Shown: positions 36,322 through 45,276, numbered from the stretch's first letter. The stretch is DNA of 64,000 nt from Actinomycetota bacterium (GCA_023488435.1 JAMDCK010000059.1:9910-73909); one strand, 5' to 3'. Notes: a model not told the origin generated them from the sequence alone. Translations and numbers: made by a program.

Positions 36322-36594
36322 ATGCGAACAGGCAGTCATCCTAGCAGCAGCAGCCTAGTGATCGACATAAGAGGATTCAGTCCTGGTCTGAGGAGACCCA
36401 TGGTCTTTACGATAATCGACCGCATGGTTCAACTCGGCAGCGAAGATAGTCTCGTTGTGATATGTGACCACGAACCGGCCGGCCTCGGCTATCAGCTTGA
36501 TCTTCGCAAAGAGTCACGCGGCATGTTCGAATACTACTACGACCAGCGGCTCGATGGTGCGTGGGTTGCACTCATCAGGAGGCGGAACAACTAA
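36322..36594 (+). CDS. DUF2249-domain protein
   Basis: About 90 aa from ATG 36322. The region VIDIRGFSPGLRRPMVFTIIDRMVQLGSEDSLVVICDHEPAGLGYQL has the DUF2249-type layout (SirA-like fold). Confidence 0.55.
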   Translation: MRTGSHPSSSSLVIDIRGFSPGLRRPMVFTIIDRMVQLGSEDSLVVICDHEPAGLGYQLDLRKESRGMFEYYYDQRLDGAWVALIRRRNN

Positions 36595-36600
36595 GCGCCG

Positions 36601-37305
36601 TCAGTCGCTTAGGCGTACAAGCAGTCTTTGGAGGTCGATGAGATCTCCGCGATAGTCCGCCACGGCCGAAGGCGAATCCCCAACGAAGAACGTCGTCATG
36701 CCGACATCCGCAGCGGCTAAGTCGAGGCGCGGGTCGTCTCCCACCATGATGCACTGTTGTGGTTCGACTCCCAGCATCTGAGCAGTTTGTATGAAGTATC
36801 CCGGGTGCGGCTTGCAGGCTTTCATGGTCTCGAAAGTGGTTATGAGATCCACCTGCTCGGGCGAGATTTGGGCCCAGTTCATTCGGTGTAAAACGGCGAT
36901 CCTCGGAAACATAGGGTTGGTTGCGATAGCCGTCCTCAGTGATAAGTCTCGCGCCAGCCTAACGACCTCAGGCGCCCCTTCCATCGGACCAGAATGCGCA
37001 ATCAATGTTGGGAATTCTTGAGCGTAGAAATCATCAAACGCCGACCAAATGTCTGCAAGGTCCAATCCCGATTCTTCGGCGAACACCCGCGTGAAGACTT
37101 CCTGATTGGTCTCACCATCGTGCGCCTTCATCATCGCAGCAGCAGCTGCGTGTATGGACGACAACAGCTGAGAGCGATGATCTGGACACTCGGTGACCCG
37201 AGCGATCACCGCCGACAAGCCTTCGAAGTACTGCGATATGAAGTTGTCGATATCGATGTCGAGCAAGGTTCCGTCAAGATCGAACAAAACTGCTTTCAGG
37301 TTCAC
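36601..37305 (-). CDS. HAD-superfamily hydrolase (subfamily IA)
   Basis: Motif I is VLFDLDGTLLD. The motif II and motif IV region includes IMVGDDPRLDLAAADVGM. Confidence 0.8.
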   Translation of the reverse strand: MNLKAVLFDLDGTLLDIDIDNFISQYFEGLSAVIARVTECPDHRSQLLSSIHAAAAAMMKAHDGETNQEVFTRVFAEESGLDLADIWSAFDDFYAQEFPTLIAHSGPMEGAPEVVRLARDLSLRTAIATNPMFPRIAVLHRMNWAQISPEQVDLITTFETMKACKPHPGYFIQTAQMLGVEPQQCIMVGDDPRLDLAAADVGMTTFFVGDSPSAVADYRGDLIDLQRLLVRLSD

Positions 37306-37378
37306 TGGGTCTCCTAGGCGTCAAGCCTCATTGGCTGCGAACAACCGATTTTCGGTGGTAATGTGTCTAAAGTCACAA

Positions 37379-38110
37379 ATGCACTCTGCCGATGAATCCA
37401 TCATGGACTCTACACTGCCACCCAATGATAACCGTATGCAGGACTCGTTGTTGCGGGGAGTTTCCGACTTTGCCCATCTGAGCGACTCACAGCTGGCAGA
37501 GTTCGCATCTCTAGGAACGTACGCGAGGCTCACCGAAGGCCAACGACTCCTTGAGGCCGTACCAATCGGATGCCAGGTCTACCTGATACTGTCTGGCAGC
37601 ATCAAGGTTTCGGTTGTTTCGAGTGGCAGCAAAGAGTTGGTTGTAGATTATTTGGATGCGCCCGTGTGCATCGGCGGGATGGATATTCTGCCTGATACGC
37701 ACGTTCCCTTTGCGTCTACTGCTCTGACCACTGTAGAGGTCCTCGTCTTCGAACGGTCGGCACTCGCCGATGCGGTAGGCGTTAATCCATATCTTGCCAC
37801 CCTCATGGCCGACTGCATGTCGAGCCTCTTAGCTCACACACTGGTGCTTCTCGATGACCTGGCGTTCAGTGACGCGACTCATCGAGTTATGCGAACCATG
37901 TTGAACATTGCAACGGCGAACTGTGAGACCAGAGGTATTCCGATCATCGAAGGAATAACGCATGCGGATATAGCGGCCCTGTCAGGCGTTTCGCGAGAAA
38001 CAGCAAGCAGAGTTGCCTCTGCGATGGCGAGGGACGGGATAGTAGCGACCAAGGGCAGGAAGATAATCGTCGACATCATTGCTTTGAGGGAGCGAATGGA
38101 GTCGAGGTAA
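37379..38110 (+). CDS. Crp/Fnr-family transcriptional regulator
   Basis: It has a cNMP-binding-like beta-roll (LLRGVSDFAHLSDSQLAEFAS...) and a C-terminal HTH (THADIAALSGVSRETASRVASAM). The start is uncertain (37361, 37379 or 37403). The track start at 37193 overlaps the divergent HAD gene. Confidence 0.75.
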   Translation: MHSADESIMDSTLPPNDNRMQDSLLRGVSDFAHLSDSQLAEFASLGTYARLTEGQRLLEAVPIGCQVYLILSGSIKVSVVSSGSKELVVDYLDAPVCIGGMDILPDTHVPFASTALTTVEVLVFERSALADAVGVNPYLATLMADCMSSLLAHTLVLLDDLAFSDATHRVMRTMLNIATANCETRGIPIIEGITHADIAALSGVSRETASRVASAMARDGIVATKGRKIIVDIIALRERMESR

Positions 38111-38206
38111 GGGGCACTGGTCGACACTTTTATTTCGGTAGCTTCAATTTTCAAGCTTTTGGGAAGATACTGGTTGTAGTTGCAGCGTACGCTGATAGGA
38201 GGATTG

Positions 38207-38434
38207 ATGCTGGAGTTCAGTGCAGAGAAGCTTGCCACCTTCGATGGCTTGGAGGGTCGACCTGCCTACGTGGCTTACGAAGGAGTCGTCTACGACGTGA
38301 GCGATAGTGAGATGTGGGCTGATGGGGAACACGTCGGCATGCATGCTGCCGGAAGGGATCTGACGGTGGAGCAGGAGGACGCCCCGCATGACGCATACAT
38401 CAAAGACTACCCTGTTGTGGGTCGCTTGATTTAG
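38207..38434 (+). CDS. Cytochrome b5-like heme/steroid-binding domain protein
   Basis: 75 aa from ATG 38207, with the SD AGGAGG upstream. The region LATFDGLEGRPAYVAYEGVVYDVSDSEMWADGEH is typical of small bacterial b5-like domain proteins. Confidence 0.6.
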   Translation: MLEFSAEKLATFDGLEGRPAYVAYEGVVYDVSDSEMWADGEHVGMHAAGRDLTVEQEDAPHDAYIKDYPVVGRLI

Positions 38435-38474
38435 GGCCCGATAGGTCCGACACGCCACAACTCTACATTATCGG

Positions 38475-39617
38475 CTAACGCTTCAAGAATCGGGCTACGA
38501 GTGCGGTATCCCGGGTCTGTGGCCGGAGGTCGAATGGAATCACCTCGGTGGGCATGAAGCCAATCTTAGTGATTTCTGGCGCAGATCGCCCGAAGCCATC
38601 ATGGTTTTCGGCGAACAAGAGCAAAGTGCTCGTCCCTAGTGCTGCCAGAGCCTTCCAATCCGAGGTGTTCAGGTTGACCCTATCTGCATGCACGATGATC
38701 GAGTCAATCCCAGGAACCTGTGGTAATGCTCGAGTGATGCTTCCAGGCATAGGAATCGCAGCTGATCTTGTTCGCGCGAGATTCGCAACCAGATCGTGAT
38801 ATGCGAATGCGAACGGCTCTGAAGCCGTTACGCTCTTGACCTGTTTGGCTAGGGGAATCGTGAAGAAGCCCACTCCGGGATACAGCTCCAAGACCCTGGA
38901 GCGATCCCCAAGCCACCCAAGATCAAGGACTCGCTCGATCATCGCCTCGGCAACCTTTGCGTTTGGCGGTATAGGTGACACTGCAGAGGCCTGCAATCGG
39001 TAGCCGGCCACTTGCGTAGTCCAGGGGGTCTTCGACACGAGGTCTTCAACAACCACGATGTCCTCATCGGCAGGAGTTCCTCTGAATATGACACGTTTCA
39101 ATCCCTTGCAGTCCGTAGCGGAGACCAATGTGGCGCTCGCTATCTGCCGAGGAAATGGGCCAGGATGGGTCCACAGCGACAGTTCGATAACCCCAGCGCT
39201 CGATGTCCTGATCCTTGCCATTTCTACCGCAAGGTCGTCACGGGCGTTCGATAAGTAGCGCAGGGCTCCCGAGATTGATTTGGGAAGCCCTTGGGCGTCT
39301 GCGGACAGAAGTTCGCAACGAACGATCGGCAGGACAGTGCTGAGGTCTTGGGAGGGCAGGCCCAGTGTGAACTGTGAGTCGCCGAGCGAAGAAATGAGGT
39401 CGAGCGATGTGAGGTAAGAGAATTCGTCAGGCGAGGGGACACACTCCTCGACCATGACTGGATCGACATGAAGAGTCCGGCTTATGAAACTTTTCGATTC
39501 ATTGGTCTTCAGGGTCAATTGTTGGGGATACTCAAAATGTTGTAGGGTGCAGACTCCACACTGCCCGAAATGCCTACATCGAGGGCGTTTCTGGCCAACA
39601 TCCGTGAATTGGTGCAT
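38475..39617 (-). CDS. RumA/TrmA-family SAM-dependent RNA (uracil-5-)methyltransferase-like protein
   Basis: It has an N-terminal Cys cluster (CRHFGQCGVCTLQH) like the RumA Fe-S motif. The C-terminal part has a class I MTase motif (VLELYPGVGFFTIPLA). Confidence 0.55.
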   Translation of the reverse strand: MHQFTDVGQKRPRCRHFGQCGVCTLQHFEYPQQLTLKTNESKSFISRTLHVDPVMVEECVPSPDEFSYLTSLDLISSLGDSQFTLGLPSQDLSTVLPIVRCELLSADAQGLPKSISGALRYLSNARDDLAVEMARIRTSSAGVIELSLWTHPGPFPRQIASATLVSATDCKGLKRVIFRGTPADEDIVVVEDLVSKTPWTTQVAGYRLQASAVSPIPPNAKVAEAMIERVLDLGWLGDRSRVLELYPGVGFFTIPLAKQVKSVTASEPFAFAYHDLVANLARTRSAAIPMPGSITRALPQVPGIDSIIVHADRVNLNTSDWKALAALGTSTLLLFAENHDGFGRSAPEITKIGFMPTEVIPFDLRPQTRDTALVARFLKR

Positions 39618-39821
39618 CCAACGATCTCCTTGACTGTGTCCATCAGGCTCACAATGCGCCTACTTCGGTGGCCAGAGTGTCACTTCCAGGCCATCTCAAT
39701 GAGCCGGGAATGATAATCTTGTTGAAACTGATACAGTTAACCATCTGATGACCCGATACCGATAGAGTCAGAGTACAGCAAACAAGACGAGTAACACCTC
39801 GGCGAAAGGGGAGCGGGATCA

Positions 39822-41528
39822 GTGGCCGATAAGATTCTGATAGTCCACGAGGACATAAAGCTGATTGAGGATATCAAAGCCGGATTGGCAACCTCTGGGG
39901 CAGCCCTTGAGGTTGTCTCCGTTCTGTCAGGGCCCAGAGCCTTGGGCATAGTTGAGGCACAGAGACCCAAGTGCGTGCTGATCGACGCCGAACTTGAGGG
40001 AATGGATGGATTCGCCCTTACCAAACAGATCAAGGGAAGCGCCTACGCCGAAGCGCCAGTCATCGTTGTCAGTAAGCAGAGCAGCGAAGCCTCGGCCCTG
40101 ATGGCCAGACAGGCCGGAGCATCGGCGCATATGAGTTCGCAGGGTTCTGTAGACATGATCGTCGCTCGAATTATTGCCCTTGCGGGGACCCCGGCGGCAG
40201 CCATGTCTAACAGCACATCTCCGTCAGTCGTGACTGGCACACCACTCCCTGCTGACACCCCCGCTGCTGCCCCACACTCTGCCCCGGCTACTCAGGTGCG
40301 TGAACCGGCCTCGCTGAGTCCAAGTCCGTCACCGGCTCCTTCGGCACAGCCTTCCGCTGTCCCTCCAGCGGTCTCGCCGATACAGCCGGCTCCCGAAAGG
40401 AGCCCCGCGCCGGCTCCCGCTCCATCGCCCACTACGACCGCATCCCAGCCTGCAACAGACATTCCTCACGTTGACGACTTACTACGCCTGATGCTGGAAA
40501 GAAACGGATCCGACCTGCATGTCACCGTTGGAAGCCCCCCTGGTATCCGCATGCGGGGCGAGATCGTGCCTGTGGAGAACAGTAGGCCGCTTACGCCAAA
40601 AGACGTCCAGGCAATGATATTGAGCCTGTTATCAGAGGAGCAACGCAAGAAGTTCGACATGGAGCTCGAACTGGACTTTGCTTACAGTATCCCTGGTGTT
40701 TCTCGATTCAGAACCAATGTGTTCCAGCAAAGAAACTCTATCGGTGCTGTCTTCAGGGTGATTCCGCTATCCATACCTTCACTTGAGGACCTTGCGCTTC
40801 CTAAGGTAGCCAAGTTCCTTGCCGAGCGGCCCCGGGGATTGGTGCTCGTCACCGGTCCAACGGGCTCCGGAAAATCGACCACGCTTGCGGCCATGATTGA
40901 TCATATCAACGCAACCAGGCCTCTACACATCATCACCATGGAGGACCCAATCGAGTTCATGCACCGCAACAAGAGAGCATACGTCAATCAGCGCGAAATC
41001 GGATCGGACAGCCACTCCTTTACCGCAGCACTGAAGCGAGTCCTCCGACAGGACCCTGATGTGATCCTTGTTGGTGAGATGCGAGACCTCGAGACAATCG
41101 CCGCAGCGATAACCGCTGCTGAGACCGGACACCTGGTCCTTGCCACGCTTCACACAACCGGTGGTCCTGAGACGATCGACCGCATTATCGACGTCTTCCC
41201 GCCACACCAGCAGCAACAGGTTCGTATGCAGCTGTCCAATACTCTTGAAGGCGTCCTGTCTCAGGTTCTGTTGAGGCACACCGATGGTCGCAGCAGGGTC
41301 ATGGCGATGGAGATCATGCTAGGAATCCCTGCGATCCGAAATCTGATCCGTGAGGGCAAGACCCACCAGATGGCCACCATCATCCAGGGTGGCGGAGCAA
41401 TGGGCATGCAGACTTTGGATCAGAACCTCAAGTCTTTGCTTCAAAGCGGGAAAATCACCTTCGAGGAGGCAGTGGGTAAAGCTCAGAACCCGCGTGAACT
41501 CGCAGCGATGGTCGGTCGCAAGTTGTAG
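39822..41528 (+). CDS. pilT: Response-regulator receiver domain fused through a Pro/Ala/Ser-rich linker to a PilT-type type IV pilus retraction ATPase
   Basis: The REC domain spans about aa 1-120 (ILIVHED...VLIDAELEGMDG...VIVVSKQ). A low-complexity linker of about 90 aa occupies 40182..40461. The PilT core has GSDLHV, Walker A GPTGSGKST, Walker B ILVGEMRD and the His box LATLHT. GTG start. Confidence 0.85.
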   Translation: MADKILIVHEDIKLIEDIKAGLATSGAALEVVSVLSGPRALGIVEAQRPKCVLIDAELEGMDGFALTKQIKGSAYAEAPVIVVSKQSSEASALMARQAGASAHMSSQGSVDMIVARIIALAGTPAAAMSNSTSPSVVTGTPLPADTPAAAPHSAPATQVREPASLSPSPSPAPSAQPSAVPPAVSPIQPAPERSPAPAPAPSPTTTASQPATDIPHVDDLLRLMLERNGSDLHVTVGSPPGIRMRGEIVPVENSRPLTPKDVQAMILSLLSEEQRKKFDMELELDFAYSIPGVSRFRTNVFQQRNSIGAVFRVIPLSIPSLEDLALPKVAKFLAERPRGLVLVTGPTGSGKSTTLAAMIDHINATRPLHIITMEDPIEFMHRNKRAYVNQREIGSDSHSFTAALKRVLRQDPDVILVGEMRDLETIAAAITAAETGHLVLATLHTTGGPETIDRIIDVFPPHQQQQVRMQLSNTLEGVLSQVLLRHTDGRSRVMAMEIMLGIPAIRNLIREGKTHQMATIIQGGGAMGMQTLDQNLKSLLQSGKITFEEAVGKAQNPRELAAMVGRKL

Positions 41529-41589
41529 GCAGAACCGACTGTCAGGGTATAACTGAACTAGGATCCCTTCGGCTAGAAAGCAGAGATAT

Positions 41590-42039
41590 ATGGACTTCGT
41601 GAAGGTAAGGTGGACCGATAAGAGGCAGTTCGTCGCCTGGGATTCTCCTGGACATACGGTGGTGATGGATGCCACTCAAGAATTTGGCGGCGAAGGTGCG
41701 GGAATGCGACCTCTGCAGGTCCTATTGGCGGGACTCGCCGGCTGCAGTGGGATGGATGTCATATCGATCCTCGAGAAAAAGCGCCAACAGGTTTCTGGGC
41801 TCGAAGTCCATGTCAACGCCCGTCAGCGTGAGGACGATTTTCCTCGGATATACGAGTGGGTCGAGTTGGAGTTCCGCGTCACCGGAATCGATGTCTCCGA
41901 GGAAGCCGTACGGCGTGCGATTGAGCTCTCGATGGAGAAGTACTGTTCGGTTTCTGGGATGTTAGGCCCGCAAGTCTCGCTGGAGACTCGCTTCACGGTG
42001 TTGGATGCGGCGGAGAGTCCCATAGACACCGATGGGTGA
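41590..42039 (+). CDS. OsmC/Ohr-family thiol peroxidase-like protein
   Basis: 149 aa with the two conserved Cys contexts (LAGLAGCSGMD and MEKYCSVSGML). Confidence 0.8.
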   Translation: MDFVKVRWTDKRQFVAWDSPGHTVVMDATQEFGGEGAGMRPLQVLLAGLAGCSGMDVISILEKKRQQVSGLEVHVNARQREDDFPRIYEWVELEFRVTGIDVSEEAVRRAIELSMEKYCSVSGMLGPQVSLETRFTVLDAAESPIDTDG

Positions 42040-42763
42040 GGATTCCTCGGGTATCGCATCTTACTCGGCGGTCCTGATCCCGGTACACAACGAGGCAGCA
42101 ACGTTAGCGTTTGTGCTCGATTCGGTTCGCGGTCACTTCGGGGGACCGGTTCTCGTCATAGACGACGGCTCCACGGATAGCACTTCCCAGATTCTTTCGT
42201 GCTTCGAATGGGTCGATGTCATCCGTCACTCAAATAACCTGGGATACGGCAAGGCTCTGGCTACTGCTTTTGCCTGGGCGGCCGAGAAGGGTCTCGACTC
42301 AGTGGTTACCATGGATTGCGACGGGCAACACGAGCCCGCACGAATTCCAGAGTTCTTAGCTGAGCTGTCCCAGGGTGCCGACATCATCTCTGGTAGCAGG
42401 TATCTACCCGAGAGCGTGGCAACTGGAGAGGCCCCCACAAGCAGGCAAGAGATCAATGCGAAGGTCACAGCAGTCATAAACGATCGGACGGGCTGGAGCC
42501 TCTCGGATGCATTTTGCGGATTCAAGGCCTACAGGATGGCCTCGATAGCGGGTGTCGAGTGGCAGGAGTCTGGGTACGGTTTCCCGCTCGAACTCTGGGC
42601 CCGAGCATATGCTAGACATCTCAGCGTACGAGAGATGCCTGTTGCGCGGATATACTGTGATCGCACCCGTAGCTTCGGCGCCGTCCTTGATAATCCAGAG
42701 GTCCGATACGACTATTACATGCGTGTGTGGAATGCGACGCTTTCAGAGGAGGGCATCCAGTGA
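42032..42763 (+). CDS. GT2-family glycosyltransferase (Dpm1 / polyprenol-phosphate glycosyltransferase-like catalytic domain, no TM)
   Basis: VLIPVHNEAATL ... VIDDGSTDST ... NLGYGKALATAF ... VTMDCDGQHEP ... ISGSRY is a GT-A/GT2 signature. The start overlaps the OsmC gene by 8 nt. Confidence 0.8.
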   Translation: MGEDSSGIASYSAVLIPVHNEAATLAFVLDSVRGHFGGPVLVIDDGSTDSTSQILSCFEWVDVIRHSNNLGYGKALATAFAWAAEKGLDSVVTMDCDGQHEPARIPEFLAELSQGADIISGSRYLPESVATGEAPTSRQEINAKVTAVINDRTGWSLSDAFCGFKAYRMASIAGVEWQESGYGFPLELWARAYARHLSVREMPVARIYCDRTRSFGAVLDNPEVRYDYYMRVWNATLSEEGIQ

Positions 42764-43440
42764 GAAGAGTGGTTTGCATCGGAGCGCATCCCGATGACGT
42801 TGAGATCGGATTGGGCGGAACGATCGCCAGACTGGTCCAAGCGGGGACAAGCGTGACGATTGTCGATCTGACCGACGGCGAGCCCACCCCCTTCGGCACG
42901 CGAGAGATTCGAGCACGAGAAGCGGCTGAGGCTGCGGCAGTCCTAGGGGCAGAGCGAGTGACACTGAGTCTTCCCAACCGAGAGTTGGCGGATACCCCCG
43001 AGGCGCGCCGTGAGCTCGCCGAAGTTCTGAGGGACACACGGCCCGATGCTCTCTTCATCCCATATCCCGAGGACGCGCATCCGGATCACATCGCTGCTTC
43101 GCAGATTGCTCTTGCAGCTCGTTTCTGGTCGAAGCTAACCAAGACTGACATGCGCGGAGAGCCGCACTATCCGGCACGGGTGTATCGGCACATGGCAGTC
43201 CATCTGAAGATCATCAGGCCGCCGTCCTTCGTTCACGACATCACCGAACACCTTGATGTGAAGATGCGCGCTGTACGCTGCTACCGATCCCAGTTCGAAT
43301 CCAATCCAGCGAACAGGCACCTCATCGATGCGATTGAGGCTTCAACTCGGATGTGGGGTGGCACCATCGGAGCCGTGGCTGGTGAGCCGATATTCGCGCT
43401 AGAGACCCTCGGTGTATCCGATCTGGGTGCCCTGATATAG
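42760..43440 (+). CDS. LmbE / PIG-L family N-acetylglucosaminyl deacetylase
   Basis: From GTG 42760 the protein reads VRRVVCIGAHPDDVEIGLGGT (the PIG-L zinc-site motif AHPDD), and HPDH occurs later. GTGA overlap with the GT2 stop, with the SD GAGGAGGG upstream. Confidence 0.85.
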   Translation: MRRVVCIGAHPDDVEIGLGGTIARLVQAGTSVTIVDLTDGEPTPFGTREIRAREAAEAAAVLGAERVTLSLPNRELADTPEARRELAEVLRDTRPDALFIPYPEDAHPDHIAASQIALAARFWSKLTKTDMRGEPHYPARVYRHMAVHLKIIRPPSFVHDITEHLDVKMRAVRCYRSQFESNPANRHLIDAIEASTRMWGGTIGAVAGEPIFALETLGVSDLGALI

Positions 43441-43452
43441 GGAGGGGCCTCC

Positions 43453-45045
43453 ATGAGTGAGCGTCAAAGTGTCCGCCCAGGCCATTCATCGCTCATTGTC
43501 GAGCCACCGGTGACCGAGTGGCCCACAATCGCCGCCGAGAACAGCCGACTCCTCGCAGACGGCGAATGTGTGGTTGCGGGTCAGCCCTTGGATCGCCTAC
43601 GCGCCCTCGCTCGCCGAGAAGCGTTGGACCTTGCGCGAGCCTTCACCGCGCGCGCCGGGCTACCATCCGTCGCAGCGCACCACGAAAATCCCGAGGGCCC
43701 CTTGGTCGTCACTGGTCACCAGCCGATCCTGTGCAGCACTGGGGTCTGGTCGAAGTACTTCGCCCTATCGCACTTTGCGAAGCGCACCGGCGGCACTGGC
43801 ATCGACTTGGTCATCGATTCGGACCGAGCCGGACCCATCGCTGTCGACGTCCCATCGTTAGGCGGGCGGCCGAGTATCGAATCCGTCGTCCTGTCACCTG
43901 GTAATCCAAATGGGTACTTCGCTGCGGTTCCAACTCCCGCCCATGTACAGGTCGAATCCTTCGGCGCTGAGGTTCTTTCGGCTCTGGGAGAGCTGCCGCA
44001 CTCGGAAGCCCGGTTGAACTTCGAGGCCTTCCTATCGGCGCTTATGATCGCTTTACCACTTGCCGAAAACCTTGCGGAGTTGATGTCATTCACGAGACGC
44101 CACTTTGAGACGTCGGCCGGACTGAACTATCTTCAGCTACCGGTGACCGCGCTCTCGGAGACGCTTTCCTTCAGGAGCTTCGCGGCTGACATACTCACCC
44201 GAGCGGACGAGTTCGCCGCGGTGTACAACCAAGAGCTCGCGGTATTTCGCGGCACTCACAAGGTTCGCTCCGCCGCACAGCCAGTACCCGATCTTCGGCG
44301 AGATGAGAATGGGGTAGAGCTGCCGTTTTGGCTTCTGGTGGGCGGGGTGCGCCAACGCACGTTCGTCCGCCGGAGCGGGGGAGCGATCGAGCTTTTCACA
44401 CAGGAGGAGGGCGGCGCCCACGTGATGCCCATCGCTACCGATGTGCTCAAACTCCAACTGGAGCACGTGAAACTTGTGCCCAAAGCCCTCATCATCACCA
44501 TGTACACTCGTCTCCTCCTTGCCGACATGTTCATCCACGGCACCGGCGGTGCTCGCTACGACTCAGTGACTAATGCGATCATTCGGCGATTCTACGGAGT
44601 GGATTCACCGCACTTTGCTGTGACCAGCGTCCCCGCACCCTCGCCTTTCGTCTGTGGCGAGCCAGAACTGGAACAGAAGATCTCCGCTGCCGAAGACCGT
44701 CTGAAGACGCTAACGCGCCGTCCCGAGAGAGCGCTGTCCGCCATGCTCCTCGACCCCGATCACGTACCCGGGACCGCCGCATTGGAGCTGGTCAGCCAGA
44801 AACTCCGCATGGTTAGTGAGATAGCGAAGCCAGGTGCCGACAAGGCTTTGCTCGGGGAACGTATCCGTCACATAAATGAGCTACTCCGGGCGTCATTGCA
44901 AGATGAGGTAACCGCAGTCGAAGATCAGCTGGCTGGTCTTCGCGCAAGAGCGACGAAGGCAGCAATCCTCAGTGACCGGCGCTATCCGTACTGCTTCTTT
45001 GATCCCCGCGAGTACTCGCGAATGTTCGATAGAGCCGTGTTATGA
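43453..45045 (+). CDS. Hypothetical 530-aa protein with distant BshC-like features (putative cysteine-adding / ligase-like enzyme)
   Basis: By eye, three blocks line up with my recollection of Bacillus BshC. These are VVTGHQPILCSTGVWSKYFALSHFAKR (cf. VVGGQQAGLLTGPLYTIHK...AK), IDLVIDSD (cf. VAGEDHD) and PKALIITMYTRLLLADMFIHGTGGARYD (cf. NVVTRPL...FIAGPGEINY). The length and C-terminal coiled-coil-like tail are also similar. Not verified by any search. Confidence 0.4.
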   Translation: MSERQSVRPGHSSLIVEPPVTEWPTIAAENSRLLADGECVVAGQPLDRLRALARREALDLARAFTARAGLPSVAAHHENPEGPLVVTGHQPILCSTGVWSKYFALSHFAKRTGGTGIDLVIDSDRAGPIAVDVPSLGGRPSIESVVLSPGNPNGYFAAVPTPAHVQVESFGAEVLSALGELPHSEARLNFEAFLSALMIALPLAENLAELMSFTRRHFETSAGLNYLQLPVTALSETLSFRSFAADILTRADEFAAVYNQELAVFRGTHKVRSAAQPVPDLRRDENGVELPFWLLVGGVRQRTFVRRSGGAIELFTQEEGGAHVMPIATDVLKLQLEHVKLVPKALIITMYTRLLLADMFIHGTGGARYDSVTNAIIRRFYGVDSPHFAVTSVPAPSPFVCGEPELEQKISAAEDRLKTLTRRPERALSAMLLDPDHVPGTAALELVSQKLRMVSEIAKPGADKALLGERIRHINELLRASLQDEVTAVEDQLAGLRARATKAAILSDRRYPYCFFDPREYSRMFDRAVL

Positions 45046-45088
45046 TACTTCCGATCTTGGTCCGGACTATTGAATGGAGCTGATGTAG

Positions 45089-45262
45089 ATGGCGCTACCC
45101 GTGGTTGATGCGAGCCTATGTACCTCCTGTGGTATCTGTGTCGATGATTGCCCGATGGGCTGCTATGACATGGACGCGGTTGCAGTTCTGGCCCGCGAGG
45201 ATGACTGTACAGAATGTGGAATCTGCGTCGACGCTTGCCCAGCAGGCGCAATCTCCATGTAG
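45089..45262 (+). CDS. 2x[4Fe-4S] ferredoxin (57 aa)
   Basis: MALPVVDASLCTSCGICVDDCPMGCYDMDAVAVLAREDDCTECGICVDACPAGAISM contains two CxxCxxCxxxCP motifs. It is below the ORF track cut-off. Confidence 0.8.
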   Translation: MALPVVDASLCTSCGICVDDCPMGCYDMDAVAVLAREDDCTECGICVDACPAGAISM

Positions 45263-45276
45263 TTGATATTTTAGGG

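Noticed and set aside
40182-40461. The Pro/Ala/Ser-rich stretch as a DNA-level tandem repeat or a surface-protein repeat region
   Set aside because: I see no exact nucleotide periodicity. It is low-complexity coding sequence that forms an interdomain linker within a single continuous ORF.
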